Below, piece after piece: positions 24,416-37,468 of a DNA stretch of 64,000 nucleotides. This DNA comes from Vitrella brassicaformis CCMP3155 (taxonomy: Eukaryota; Protista; Chromerida). The first letter of the stretch is position 1, and every line of letters begins with the position of its first letter. The notes below the pieces were generated by a model, which saw nothing but the letters and a program-made list of their open reading frames with translations, was not told the DNA's origin and did not search any database. Where the stretch lies: the NCBI GenBank assembly GCA_001179505.1, contig CDMY01000468.1, positions 1-64,000 of the forward strand, given 5' to 3'. Both the position numbers and the translations under genes were made by a program.

Positions 24416-27400
24416 GGGGGTGTGCTGCGTCCACCGAATGTGCAGGTACGTCAGCTTGTTTGTCATTGTGGGCGTGGAGGTGACTTGTGTGTGTCTGTGG
24501 TCTGTGTAGGTGGCTGGGGATGAGAGCGAGGAGTTGCTGCCGCTGCACACGCCCACGTACGTGTTACTTACGTGTGTTACTTACGTGTGTCTGTGGGCAC
24601 CCGCCCATCCATCCATCCATCCATCCATCCATCCACTGCTGTGTGTGCCTTCACAGGTGTCTATACGACGACCAAGACACCAGTGGGCCATGGGGAGATG
24701 ACCCACATGATGACAACGGTGAGTCGGTCGGTACACGCACACACACAGTGAGAGAGGAGAGGGACGACACACACGAGGGAGGGAGGCAGGCAGGCAGGAA
24801 TGTCTGGGTACCTTCTCTCTCTCTGTGTGTGTGTGTAGAGTGGTATGAGGACGAGTCGACAGCCGAGCATCACCTCGAGCTGATACGGCTCATACCACAG
24901 GCACGCGAAAGATGCGACGACGAATTGGACACAATGAACGACAAACATGAAGGGTACTCGTCTCGTTCATTGTGTGTGCAGCTGGCGGCCTACACCCAGA
25001 CCCATCCGCAGTATGCCAATCGCGCAGTGGTGCTCTATGTCAGCGGTGGGATGGACACGGTCACACCATCACACGTGGGGGCGTGTGCATGTGTGTGTGT
25101 GTGTGTGTGTGCAGGTGAGTCCATCGACTGTGTGGAGGTGACCGAAGGCGACATCAGGAAGGTCCGTGTGTGTGCATCAGTGTGGGGTGTGTGGCACTTA
25201 TTGCAAGCATTCTGTCTCCGGGTCTGTGTGTGTGTGTGTGTGTGTGTGTAGGTGTCGTTGCACTACGGACCGATCTGTGCTGTCGAGAGAATCGCACCCC
25301 ACTGCTACGTAAGTGCACATCTGTGTGTGGTTTGCACACATTTGTCTGTGTCTGTGTGTCTGTGTGTGTCTCTCTCTGTGTGTGTGGTCGTGTAGGTGAT
25401 TGTGTATGAGACGGAGAGTGCGGCGAGCTGTGCCAACGATGGGTTCAACGAACGGATAGAGGTCGGTACACACACACTCGCGCACAGCACACCGACACCG
25501 ATACACACTCTCTTCCTGTCTCTCTGGCCACTATGGCAGCACTCTCTGCCAGCGATTGACATGCACTGCCATCTGCTGAGCAAACTGACCTCACCACCAC
25601 CACCGCCACCACCGCCACACACGGAGGTACGCACCCACCACGATGTGCAGACGCACTGTAGTGCGCAGATGGTATGTGTGTGCTCGTCAGGACACCGCCC
25701 ATTCGCAGCAGCAGCAGGAGCAGCAACAGGTATGCCAGAAAGAGAGAGGGAGGGAGAGAGAGAGAGAGAGAGGGTGGGAGAGAGAGATATATATCGTCGG
25801 GGTGGCATTGTGTGTGTGCAGGTGCCTTTGCTGCCCACGCCCAATGTCCCTGCCTACCCATTGACAAGTGAGCACGCACACACGCGCGCGGGGCCCGACT
25901 GGGCATATTGTATGCCTTTCTGCATCCACAGGCTCTCATCCAATATATGGCGCTCAGCAGCAGCAGCAGCAGCATTTCGGTGGCCCCGGGCCGACATCTC
26001 CCACAAGTGAGCTGAGTGAACGAGTGCACACGTCAGTGGATGTCATTCGTGTGTGTGTGTGTGTGTGTGCGTAGATCTCGGTTCGCCCTCGTCATATGCC
26101 CATCATCCTGGCAGCAGAGTGTCAGGCCCCCCGCACCCTCAACCACACCCACACGGACATCCACACGCGCCACATCTGCACAGAAGGGGGGGCAAGGAGT
26201 GGATCCCTGTACCACGGTACATACACACACACACACACTCTCTCTCTCTCCCTCTCTCTCTGAGATTATCCCTGTGTGTGTGTGTGGTGCAGGTCTGTTG
26301 CTCGCGAGGCCGACGGGTATCCTGTGCTCAATCTCGCCAAAGAGCATGAGGCAACCAAGCACAAAACAGAGAGACCTCAGGGGGAAAGAGATGCAGGCAG
26401 GACGATGTGTCTGTATGGTGGTGCTATGCTATGTGTGTGTGTCTCTCAGTTTCCATCGCCCGCCCTGCGCAAATACACGGCGCGATTTGAGGCATGCATG
26501 CACCAATGCAGCCATGCAGCACGCACAGAAGGGCACGCATCACAGCGCTTGTGAGTGAGTGGATGTTGTGTGTGCAGGTGGGCATAGAGAATGAGAGAGA
26601 GTTCACCGTGGCCCGCCGAATCATCGGCAACAAGGTAACTGACGCACACACACACACACACAGGGAGAGAGAGATGCGAGTGTGCACGCAATAAACCACA
26701 CACACACACATCTCTCTCTCTCTCCCTCCCCCTCCTTGGCATTTATAGGGTTCGCACATGCGCGCTGTGTGGGAGATGACCAAGGCCAAGCTGAGGCTGA
26801 GAGGGCGGGGCAGCGGCTACTATGAGGGCAGCCAACAGACAGGTGGGTGAGGAAACGCGCTCAAACGAACGAACCGAACATTCGGATGGATGCTGATCTC
26901 TCCCTCTCCCTCTCTCTCTCTCCTTCTCTCTCTCTATCTCTGCGTGTGTCTGCAGAGTGCCCCGAGCCGCTGCATCTGTGCATCAGCTGCAGAACCTATG
27001 ATGGTACGTCCGCTTGTGTGGTGCCATCCATCCATCCATCCATCCATGTGTTTCTGTGTGTCCACCAGGCTATGTGTTGGCCATGCGGATGGTGGCGGAC
27101 CTGCTGCTCCGCATCCACGACGACTACAGAGAGTGGTGCGCCATACAGGTAGGTACCCTGTCCGCGCGCCCAATCGTGCGATCGATCTCCATGGCTTCTA
27201 TCTCCTTTTGGTGGCGCACAGGGCCGCCCGGTGCCCAATCTGCAACTGAGATACCGAGAGCACCCACGTGAGTCGAGTCAGGAGGGTCTTGCCGACACAT
27301 CGACCTCATTGGATGGATGGATGGATGGATTGTGTGCAGTGGACCGCCGTTCGAGCAATATCAACGCCAGCAAGAAGGCGGACAACAACAGAGAGCGGCA

Positions 27401-27510
27401 GCCGCACGCACCCGCACCGAGCGTCAGTGTGAGCGTGACGTCGCCTTCGGGGGCATCGGCGTCGCCATGGTGCAACCCTGACCACTTTGGTACACACCCT
27501 GCCACACACC
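24400..27510 (+). CDS. RRM-like + KH (SF1/BBP-type) RNA-binding protein, many small exons
   Basis: KH: VGIENEREFTVARRIIGNKGSHMRAVWEMTKAKLRLRGRGSGYYEG...PEPLHLCISC; RRM-like: AVVLYVSGG...YVIVYETESAASCANDGFN; P/Q-rich linker. Ends approximate. Confidence 0.8.
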
Positions 27511-28453
27511 CACACCCACACCCACACACACAGACACACAGAGAGAGACATTTTCCTCTCTCCGTGTGTGTGTGTTGGACTTGTGTGTGCAGGTGGGTTG
27601 ATGTCTTCGTATCTGCAGAGGGGCGAGAGCACAGAGGGGGGCGAGGCCACACGGCCATACACACACCACAACGGTGAGCAGTGGCGGATGAGTGCCCGCA
27701 TGCGGGGGTGTGTGTGAGTGTGTGCGTGTGTGTGGAGTGCAGAGATCGGCTTCCCCCTGCACATGCACAGCACCGATGACCGCACACCATACAATCGTCG
27801 ATAGACAGACACGGAGGGAGGGAGGGAGGGAGGGGGGGGGGCACAAGAGGTTGATTCGAATTTCTTTGCCAATTAGCGAGTCCATCTAGCCAGGCCAGCC
27901 ATGGATGGACCTCTGTATGTATGCGTCTGTCTGTCGATCTGTCTGTCTGAGTGAGTGAGTGGTCGGTTCGTCTGTAGAATTACGTCTGTGAGGGTGAGTG
28001 TATGCCGAGCATGTGTGTGTGTGTGTGTATGTGTGTATGTATGTATGTGTGTATTTGTCTCTGTGCGTACGTACGTGTACAAAAGGAGGATGGGATGATG
28101 GGGAAGGGGTGATGGAGAGAGAGAGAGAGAGAGAGACCGCCGGACCGGTGTACACTATGTATGAATGCCTAGAGATCGATGGATGGATGGATGGATCAAT
28201 GGAATGGATGGGCCTGATTATTATGTGTTAGTTACGTGAGGTGAGGTGCCGTACACAGGTGTCATGTGTGTGAGTCTGTGCGTTCACGGCAACCGACGTA
28301 CTCAAAAAGTCAATCACGGTCAATCAATCCTAATGCAATGCATACCGAAAGAGAAAGGAGAAAAAGAGCAGAAGACACCCACACAATCAATTCAGAGAGC
28401 AGCAACAGCAAAATTCACAGACACACGAGCAAATGCCACACGCCAATCTGCGT

Positions 28454-29404
28454 TCAAGCAGCGGCCTCGCCACCCAGCCCCAGCCCCAGCCTCTCTCTAA
28501 TCGACACCCAAACCCTCTCGAAGCTCTCCTCATCGCCGCCAGTAAGCTCCAAGATGTCTTCGCGCGACATCGGAGTCAGGTTCGACGGCTCGAAGAGTCG
28601 CTGCACGTCCTCCTTTGTCGTGTCATCGCCGAGGGGGATGGTGTGCAGGGAGAAGTGGCTGTAGCAGTAGCCGTCGTAGTAGGTGCCTTTGTTGTCGCAT
28701 TCCTCCGGTTTCTTTGTCCATTTGGCGTGCTCAGCGAAGGCGATGCGGCCTCGGTCGAGGTCGATCCAGTAACCATACTGCAGGCGCAAGAGAGAGAGAG
28801 AGAGAGAGAGAAGGAACATCTCCACACAGGCAATGTGTCTGCATCTTTCCGTCCGACACGGACCTCTTTGTCGTCATACGCACTAACTGGCCCTTCGTCG
28901 CAGTACTTGCCCATGCTCAACACCTTCTCCAGGCTCAGAGGGCCACCACCTGTCACCTTTTCCGTCTGCGACTGCTCACACACACAGACAGAACAACAAA
29001 GGCACCATCACATCGATACGCTCAGCCACACGTCGGTGCAGCTTGCCTTGTACAGCTCCTCGTCGTCGACCTCCTGCAGATTCTCGATCTGCCCCTTCCA
29101 CCGTGTGAGCTGCGGGTCATCCTTCATTGCCGAAGCCAGCTGCTGCACCAGTGCGACGCCCAAGCCATCAGGGTAGCTGTCCCAGTGGTTGTACACCGTC
29201 ACCGTCCGGCCCTTCCACCGGAAGCCGCCCACGCCGCGGGTCGCCATGGTCGGGGTCAGACGTGCACGCGATGGGCGAGACCAGTGGTTTGGCCGCAGGA
29301 GTGATCTGGTAGTGGTGACGGGTGATGATGAACGCAGCCGCGTGCGCCGTCGTGCAGGCGGCGCAGAGAACCGCGGCCAAAAGGGTCACCGATGGCGTCA
29401 TCAT
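28454..29404 (-). CDS. Uncharacterised 'TRG..GF...YNHWDSYPDGLG' family protein (3 exons from ATG 29247), preceded by a frameshifted bipartite leader from ATG 29404
   Basis: MATRGVGGFRWKGRTVTVYNHWDSYPDGLGVALV...YGYWIDLDRGRI; canonical GT-AG introns; stop at 28454. Confidence 0.75.
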
Positions 29405-29494
29405 CGAGTCGAAGAGCCGGGGAGAGGGCAGGGAACGGCCGGGAATGGCCGACTGTCACCTCCTGATGGGCTGATGAATGGACACCATCAATGA

Positions 29495-32400
29495 ATGAGC
29501 GTTTTCATTCTTTCGCTCTTTCTGCTTTGCTCACCGTGTGCAAGTGAGTGGATCAGATACGTCTGGGAGTCAAAGAATCTCCAGGTCGCGAGCTCAGGTC
29601 GCGAGCTCAAGCTCGCGGTGCGATCGGATCTTCCCTCCATCGCCCTTTCCCGCGCGTGGAGCAGCCAGACAGGTGCCATGACAGCCACCTGCCGGGACTG
29701 GACGCATTCGTGATTGGGATCTTTCTGCGTGTGTGTGGTATGCAGCAAGATCTCTCTGATGGGGTGCACGTCGTCGTCACAGCACGGTATCGGTGCTGGT
29801 GGGCATCACCGCGTGGCCGTGCCGACTGCAGAGGTAAGGGTGGTTACTCAATGTGTGGATGGATCTTTCGCTTTGGCTTCATCTTATATATCTCTCTCTC
29901 CCTCTGTGTGGCTTTGTGTGTGCGCAGGATGACAGGAACAGCGTGGCCAAGGGCCTCAGAGTCCGTTACGTCCCGCCCCACTATGTGTAGGCTGCGCGTG
30001 ATATGATGATCTGCCCGCCATCAACGGAAACCATGAGTCATGTGTGTGGGCGGATGGATGGATCTGGACGGATCAATGCAGGTACTCTCTGCTCAATGCG
30101 CCGTCAACTGTGCCGCCAGGTCAGCCATGCACACAGTTGAGGCGAGAGAAAGAGAGAGAGAGAGAGAGAGAGTGCACGTGGATGTGTGTCGTCCCTGTCG
30201 TGCAGTTGTGATCGACGCGCGAAAGGCGCTCGATTACGGCAAATGGCACATACAAGGTGGGGGCGTGCACTACTACAGACACATCCACATGCAGTTGCCA
30301 ATGTGTGTGTGTGTGTGTGTGTGTGTGTGTTCTACAGGTGCCTACAACTGGCACATAAGGGAGCAGCCATTAGTGCCTGGTACGCACACCCATCCCATCC
30401 CACTTCACCCGCCCACACAGAGGAGCATCCGATCCGAGCCACGCAAATGTGTGCACCTGTGTGTGTGCGTGTGTGCGCACATCTGCGCTGCGCATTGTAG
30501 GACGCTTCATTGAGACGCTGGCATCGACCACGGTCATCATTCACGGGGAGGAAACTCAGGAGAAGAACGACGAGAGGATCACCGGCGTCGTGGTAAGAAC
30601 ACACACAGACAGAGAGAGAAACAACCAACCGACATTTAACATATTGATAGCTCGTTTGTTTCACTCCTGTGTGGTGTGCAGGGGCAGCTTTTGAAGTTCC
30701 TGAGGGACGACTTAGGGCCACACAGTCAATGCAAGGCACGGAACTCCCACACACAACACAACACACACATCGACAGTCATCCTGGCAACCAACTGCACTG
30801 CCTGTGTGTGTGTCTGCATGCACACAGGGGTTCGACCCAGACAGGGCACACGAGCGGTGAGCTGAGCTTGTCCACCACCGAAGTAGCCATGGGTGCATCC
30901 AGACATCTGTGTGTGTGGGTGTGTGTGGGTGTGTGTGTAGGTCGCTGATGTCGCCGTCGTGTTTGTGGATCATGAAAGGCGGTCTGCCGGCGGCCAAGCT
31001 CTCCTCCCCGTTCCAACTGAGATGGGCATTCATGGGCAGCGAAGGTCACACAGACACACACACACACAGACAGACAGACGGACAGAGAGATCGCACACAA
31101 AACTCACTCACATATGGGAAGACTTGCGATATGTGTGTGTCATTATGCGTGCAGGTCGGCTGTCCACCGGCAGCCAGAGCAGCAAGAACGCCTCCAGCGG
31201 CGTCGGCGTCAGCTCGTCTGCACCAGCAGCGCTACAATCCGACAGCATCCTGCCACCAAAGGGCAAATCGGAGATGATCTCCGTGGTGACGAAACACACA
31301 CACACACACACACAGTGTGGGTGTACAGGCAGGCAGACAGGCACAGAGAGAGAGAGAGAGGGAGAGAGAGGGAGGATCGACATTCGTATTTCGTGGTGTG
31401 TGTATGTGGGTTGGGTGTTGGTGTGTCCAGGAGCGAGGCAGCAATGGCGTGAGGTCTCTGAAGACCTTTCACGACGAAGCGCCGGACAAGAGCGCCACAC
31501 ACAGTACGCACACACAAGTGCACACCACACCCACTCATATGGATGGATGGATGGATGGACGCAGGCATCACGCGGCGGTCGACAGGCGCCAAGTGGATCT
31601 ACCCTGCAGAGATCGTCCCGCCTACAAGCAGGTCCGTGTGCTACGCGTGTGAATCAACCATCGCACTTGAATTTATGAACATGCTTTGTGTCTGTGGGTG
31701 GGCGGACAGGTCGCGCCAATCGTTCTGTCTGTATGTTTGCTCGGAGGCCGTCTTTAACAACAGATGGGTACCTACCCTGTGCACACCCCCCTCCCCCCCC
31801 CACACACAGACACACGCACACACAGACGCATGGCTACCTCTCTCTCTCTCTCTCTCTCTGTCCCTCCCTCCATCTGTCAGACACAGTTCAGCCACTTTGT
31901 GCCCCCCATTGGGCACATTGTGTCGATCAACACGAGCAGCAAGCCTTATGCGGGCCCCATAGCGGAACACACGCAGAGCCACTGTCTGCAGGGAGACAGG
32001 TACGCACAGAAATGCTCGGAGAGAGATGTGCATGTGTGTGTGTGTGTGCAGTGCTCTGAAGGACTGTCTCTCGATTTTGGTCAAGGCCTTGGGCGAGAAG
32101 AAAGGTAGGTGCGTGTTCCTGGATGTGATGGATTCATATGCCTGTTGGCTGTGTGTGTGTGCGTGTGGTCAGGTGTGTTGGTGTATGACAGTGACGGCCT
32201 CTCCGACTGCATCGCCGTCACTGTGGCCTTCCTGGTAGGTACCCTCCCCCCCCTCCCCCCCCCCACAGACGTGTCTACAGTACAGTGACCCTCTCTCTCT
32301 CTGTATGTGTGTGTGTGTGTGTGTGCAGCTGCTGCATTCCTCTCTCTCCACTGCTGATGAGGTACAGTGGTGTGCAGTGCAGCCCACACACACATACGCT

Positions 32401-33003
32401 ACGCGTGGCGTGGTGAATTCTCTCTGCATGCAGGTGTTCGGCTACCTGAATGACATTCGGCCGACCATGCAGCTGACCGACACACACATCAAGCAAATCA
32501 CGTCGGCTGCTCAACTGACTGACGAGTGCACACACACGGACACACATCTGCCGCGGATGTCTGTCCGTCTGTCTGTCTGTCTGTGTGTGTGTGTCGATGC
32601 GTTCGTGTTGGCAGCGATTGTGTGGGTCAGCGGATCGCCGTGCCGAAGTCCATTGACGTCATACACACAGCCAAATGTCCGCACTCCCGCACAGACGAAT
32701 GAATGCACACACAGAAATAAATCCCCACCTGCATGTGTGTGTGGTGCGCATTGTGCAGTGACGATGATGGACCGAATATCCACTCAGAGCACCACGGACC
32801 CCTCACCGTCGCCGGCCGCAGCAGGAGCAGCAGTCACGCGAAGCATCACAGACCAAAGCAGTAGGTGGGCAGGGCAGGCACTCTCTTGCAAGAAGAAAGC
32901 ACCTGTAGGTAGGCCTGAGATTGTGTTTCGTCCATGCATCAGGCACCACCAGCAGCAGCGTCGAGCGGCCCATGACACCCGCATCGCAGCCGCCACTGTC
33001 TAA
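29495..33003 (+). CDS. Rhodanese + dual-specificity-phosphatase-fold protein (MKP-like layout), catalytically degenerate
   Basis: Rhodanese motif VIDARKALDYGKWHIQGAYN (about 30205-30350); DSP motif region KKGVLVYDSDGLSDCIAVTVAFLLLHSSLSTADEVFGYLNDIRP (about 32090-32470). 5' exons uncertain. Confidence 0.7.
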
Positions 33004-33719
33004 GGCCAACAAGGCGGTCGTCAGGCCATCATTCGCAAGACCACAGGACATCAGCCAGCAGTACTGACTGAGATGTGAATATGTATAGATATATCGATGG
33101 GTGGCCTTCTCGTTCGAACGTCGATGCCTATTGATTGTTCTTTATCGTACGCATTAAAGGCTGACTTCTCCGTGGCGTGGCCCATGGTGTCAGGTCTTTT
33201 TTGTGCCCGTTCGTTTCCTTACCGAGCTGCGTTCGTTGTGTCTGTGCTGGGGTTGTCCCAATTGGCTTTGTGTGTCGTGTGTGGTGGTAAGGTATTGTGT
33301 GTGGTGTCATTTTTATTCAACACACGGACATGGCGTGTGTATCTCGGCCAATACGTCAGCAGCACGTATTTTGCCTTCAGCAACTCAACGCAAGACGCTA
33401 ACCCTGACATCCAATACCTGCATGTCTCTCATGTGAGTCCACGCAAGAAATACAACCACATACACGTTCCCCGATCAAATGTGTAGCGCCTTGAGATAGA
33501 AACAGCTTCGTGGCGTCTTCTGGCAGAGGACTGGTGACGAATTCACCGATATCGACAAAACAGCATTCACTGAATGGGGAGAAGAAGAATAGCTGTTCGC
33601 GTGTCTCCAGTAACTGGTACTGTTTGCGTGTCTCTAATAGCATAAGCGTACGGTAAACTGGATGTCGATTTGTAGCAAAATTACAGTGTGTTGCAAAAGC
33701 TACGTACACACAAACTGTT

Positions 33720-34260
33720 ACCGTGTGTCGTTGCACGCCCTCTTGGGACATGTCATGTACAGCCTACCTCACAGCTTGCTCCCACGCCCTTCCACCGTGC
33801 GCACCTGCAGCTGTTCGCCACACAGCCTGCATGTGACCGGTGCCTTGGGGGTCTTGCTGCTGCACGCCAGCATGTCGTGCATCTTGAGGTTGATGGGGTC
33901 GTTGGGGTCGGGGATGGCCATGATATCCCGCTGCGACACAATCAATTCACACCAAAAGCTCCACTGCACCGTGTCCGTTGCGTGTACAATGCTGACCTTC
34001 TCACACCACTCAGTGATGCCATCATTAAACTGGACATTGCAGAACTTTTTCGGCACGAGGCGCCCGTAAGACACGTCAGAACAGACAGTCCAAACTGACA
34101 TTCCCCAATCGGCCCTATGTATATATAAGGCCTCATCTGAGCCTACAGTGGGATAGAGATGATGAGGAAAGTCGCTGACATCCGATAAAACCTCGTCAGG
34201 TCTGCAAAAAAGAGATATGGGGCTGATATCTTCACTGCCAACCCTCAAAGGGCTACACAA
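33720..34260 (-). pseudogene. Decayed ORF ending in a GRF-type zinc finger with an in-frame stop
   Basis: PVTCRLCGEQLQVRTVEGRGSKL*GRLYMTCPKRAC; the TGA at 33769-33771 lies inside the motif. Confidence 0.45.
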
Positions 34261-35499
34261 TATTCCTACACCTGGTGCACATACCCTGCAGTCCCGCCAT
34301 TGTTCACAACATACTTAGACGCAGACAAGGCTCATCCCGCTTTGAGCATAAGGTCGAGATCCTGATCGCTGAGAAGAAGGGATGAATGAAAGGAACAGAG
34401 CCAGCAATGTTATGGTTCCTTCAAAACATCAAAACACGTTCATACCTGGACGTCGCCGTTGTCGTGTCGGCCGGCCTTAGGAGCCAGCTCGCACGTCAGA
34501 GGTAGCAAGCGCGAATAAGCCAGTCAGGCCAGGTGAGTGAGCTTACGGAAGCGCTGGATCGGCTTGAGGAGAAGCGAGATGATCGAAGCCATCGGCTCGG
34601 TCATGAAAAGGCCGCAGCTGATGATATAGAGACACACGCTTTGTCCCCAGTGGTGCAGAAGATCGTAGGGGACATGTTTCGATGGGTAGAAGCGGGAAAA
34701 GCCGACAATAATCTGAGGCAACCCCCTCATAGATCAGTCCCACCAGCAAAGCCACCGTCCCCGGACCCAAGATCACAAAAGACTTGGTCCTGGCGCATGA
34801 GAACTCAACCGAACATGTGACGCATTACCGTCACCTTGCGCCGCCGTGTTCGTGCAGCTTCTGCAAAATCTGAATCACCCCTTTCTCTCTGTTCTCGCCG
34901 TACATTGTGCCAGTCCTTTTGTCTGCACAGACAATGGTAGCGGAAAATACTGTCAAACGACGATTACTAATAATATTCCAGTTATGTTGAGTGTGCAACT
35001 TTCGAGTAGACTCCCTCTGCGCCTACAGCAAGTCTGGCAACTTCACATGTTATCATCCTTCTGTGTACCCCCCAAAAAATGGACCCCTGCTGCTCGGTGT
35101 TTCGATTCTCGACGACGACGGATACGACAACGCTTAACGGGAGGATACAAATACAGAGCGTGGGCGCCTATTACTCATAAATACCTTTGCACTATGTCCA
35201 GAGGGCTTTGGCTGCTTGGACGGGTCCGTCGCGCCCTTGCCGGCCAAGGAGATCCTAAAAGCAGAGCAGCCACACAAGGACATTGAGCCAAGAGTACAAG
35301 AGGACAAAAGACAGGCATGGATACGCTGCCGGAGGTTGCAAGCCACGGCCGTGTCGGTGGCGAAGGCATGAGAGAGTGGGGCACCTGAACGCCGGCACAG
35401 CGAACAGAATGGCACGGGTGCATGTCAGTTGACACAGGCATGTACTGTCAGTGTGAACGCATACCAGCTCGCAATTTGCCGGCTCCTCATTCGTCACCA

Positions 35500-37400
35500 C
35501 AGACACGTGCACTGCACATGCACCAGAAATAAATGCATACAGGCAGAGAGTCAATAGGGAAGTGATATGCGCCTCCAGGCGGCCATGTGTGGCGTTCTTC
35601 TGACGAAAGAGTGCTTGCCTGTGCTCTCGCCGTCGAACTGTGAGATGATGATGTAGGCGATGAAGGGATGGCCGAAGGACGTCAGCAACAGCTGCTTTCA
35701 CTTGCGCTCAAGTCCTTGGAATCCCACCACGGCCGTCGTGCCCTTCACTTTGATGTGGGGAGACGAGCACATCAGCCTGGCCAACACACCGGGACGCCGG
35801 CTGAACGAAAAGCACACAAGACAAAAGTGCCACTGACTGTTGCTAGAGAGACGACGTGAAAAAGAAGCGACTCGTCGTGGCTGGCTCTCCCTCACAGTTG
35901 GAAGGGTTCTTTCTTAGTTCCACCCCTTCGTCATCGCCGACCGACAGGATGGTGCTGGTCAGGAGGGAGGTGAACGAAACCTCGTCGAACTTGTCCTCCG
36001 TCTCCCACTCCCCTTCTCCCTTGTGGCCTCCAATCTGTGCCGCACAGGGGGGTCCTCAGCACGCTGCGAGATGGGGCGGGTGGGNNNNNNNNNNNNNNNN
36101 NNNNNNNNNNNNNNNNNNNNNNNNNNNNNNNNNNNNNNNNNNNNNNNNNNNNNNNNNNNNNNNNNNNNNNNNNNNNNNNNNNNNNNNNNNNNNNNNNNNN
36201 NNNNNNNNNNNNNNNNNNNNNNNNNNNNNNNNNNNNNNNNNNNNNNNNNNNNNNNNNNNNNNNNNNNNNNNNNNNNNNNNNNNNNNNNNNNNNNNNNNNN
36301 NNNNNNNNNNNNNNNNNNNNNNNNNNNNNNNNNNNNNNNNNNNNNNNNNNNNNNNNNNNNNNNNNNNNNNNNNNNNNNNNNNNNAGGGGGGAGGGGGGAG
36401 TGGGAGGGGGGGAAGGGGAGCGACAGGTGGATGTCGAAGGCCGACTCATCTCGAATGGCACGCACAGCGCCCGGCGGCCCGTCGAACAGCTCGAATGTCC
36501 CGGCACCGTCAGGGAAGGCGACATGGGGACCGACCACTCCTCACTGGGCCAGCGCACGGGGAAGAGGCGAAGAAGCCTGACAGACAGACAGACAGACCAC
36601 CCCCACCCCAAGCAGATTGAAGCCCTCCACGTCCCGGCCAATATATGATGTTCCCCTTTCCTCCCTCCCTCCCTCCCTCTCCTTCCTTTCTCGCACGTCC
36701 CTCACAGCACAGGCACGAACATATATACCTGCTTGGTGAAGTGCTTCTGCAGGTCCGCCCGGGTGAGTCTGATGGGCAGCTGACAGAGGCGGCGCTGAGC
36801 CGCCAACCGTGATAGGGGCCTCGCATGCTCGGGTGGTAGCCCTCGACTTGGCTGGTACTGCGCACGTTGACCTTCTTGGTAATGAAGACGCCTGTCCCTC
36901 GATAGTTGACGGCCTCTCTGTGGCGGACAGAGATAGAGAAGACACACAGCCACACGTGCAGGCACACGTCGGTATGCCTTTCGCTCGTCTACAGCATACC
37001 CGTCCATATACATGGGCCTGCGGGGGTCGTCGCTCAGGCAGTCGTTCCACATGTGGGCAAGCAGTCGTTCGCAAGCCGGTCCTATAGTCCTCTGCTCAAG
37101 CCGTATTTTGAGGGGTTCCTCAATGCCTTGTCGCAAAATTTCGGCATCAGCCTTAAAGTGACCGTCGACCCTGGACAAACGACGAAGGACGGCGATTTCC
37201 ACGACATCCCTCCCGCGCTTGGCCGCGGCACGACGGCTGGTTTTCGTGCCGAACGGATAATCCTGCTGAGGACCCAGCATAGATCGTAGAAGTGAAAGTC
37301 ACCAATAAATAAAGCCCGGGGAGCAGGTGCAACTTCCGCAATGCTAGCGTGAGCTGGATACATGCGCAAACAGGGCGTGTCATGGAAGTTGCTGCATTCA
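35500..37400 (-). pseudogene. Decayed multi-exon gene of unknown family spanning a gap
   Basis: Coding-like segments (EAVNYRGTGVFITKKVNV; EGEWETEDKFDEVSFTSLL; PGVLARLMCSSPHIKVKG...LERK*KQLLLTSFGHP) linked by frame changes and stops. Confidence 0.3.
36085..36384. other. Assembly gap (300 N)
   Basis: Run of N. Confidence 1.
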
Positions 37401-37468
37401 TGCCGGTCTGTTCTAGCGCTCCTCCGCCCTTTTCCAGTGCGTGCCGATCTTTTGTCTTGTTGAGTTGC

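Noticed and set aside
25170-33003. Many short ORFs rich in CVCV/HTHT/DRQT
   Set aside because: Translations of intronic (CA)n/(GACA)n microsatellites, not proteins.
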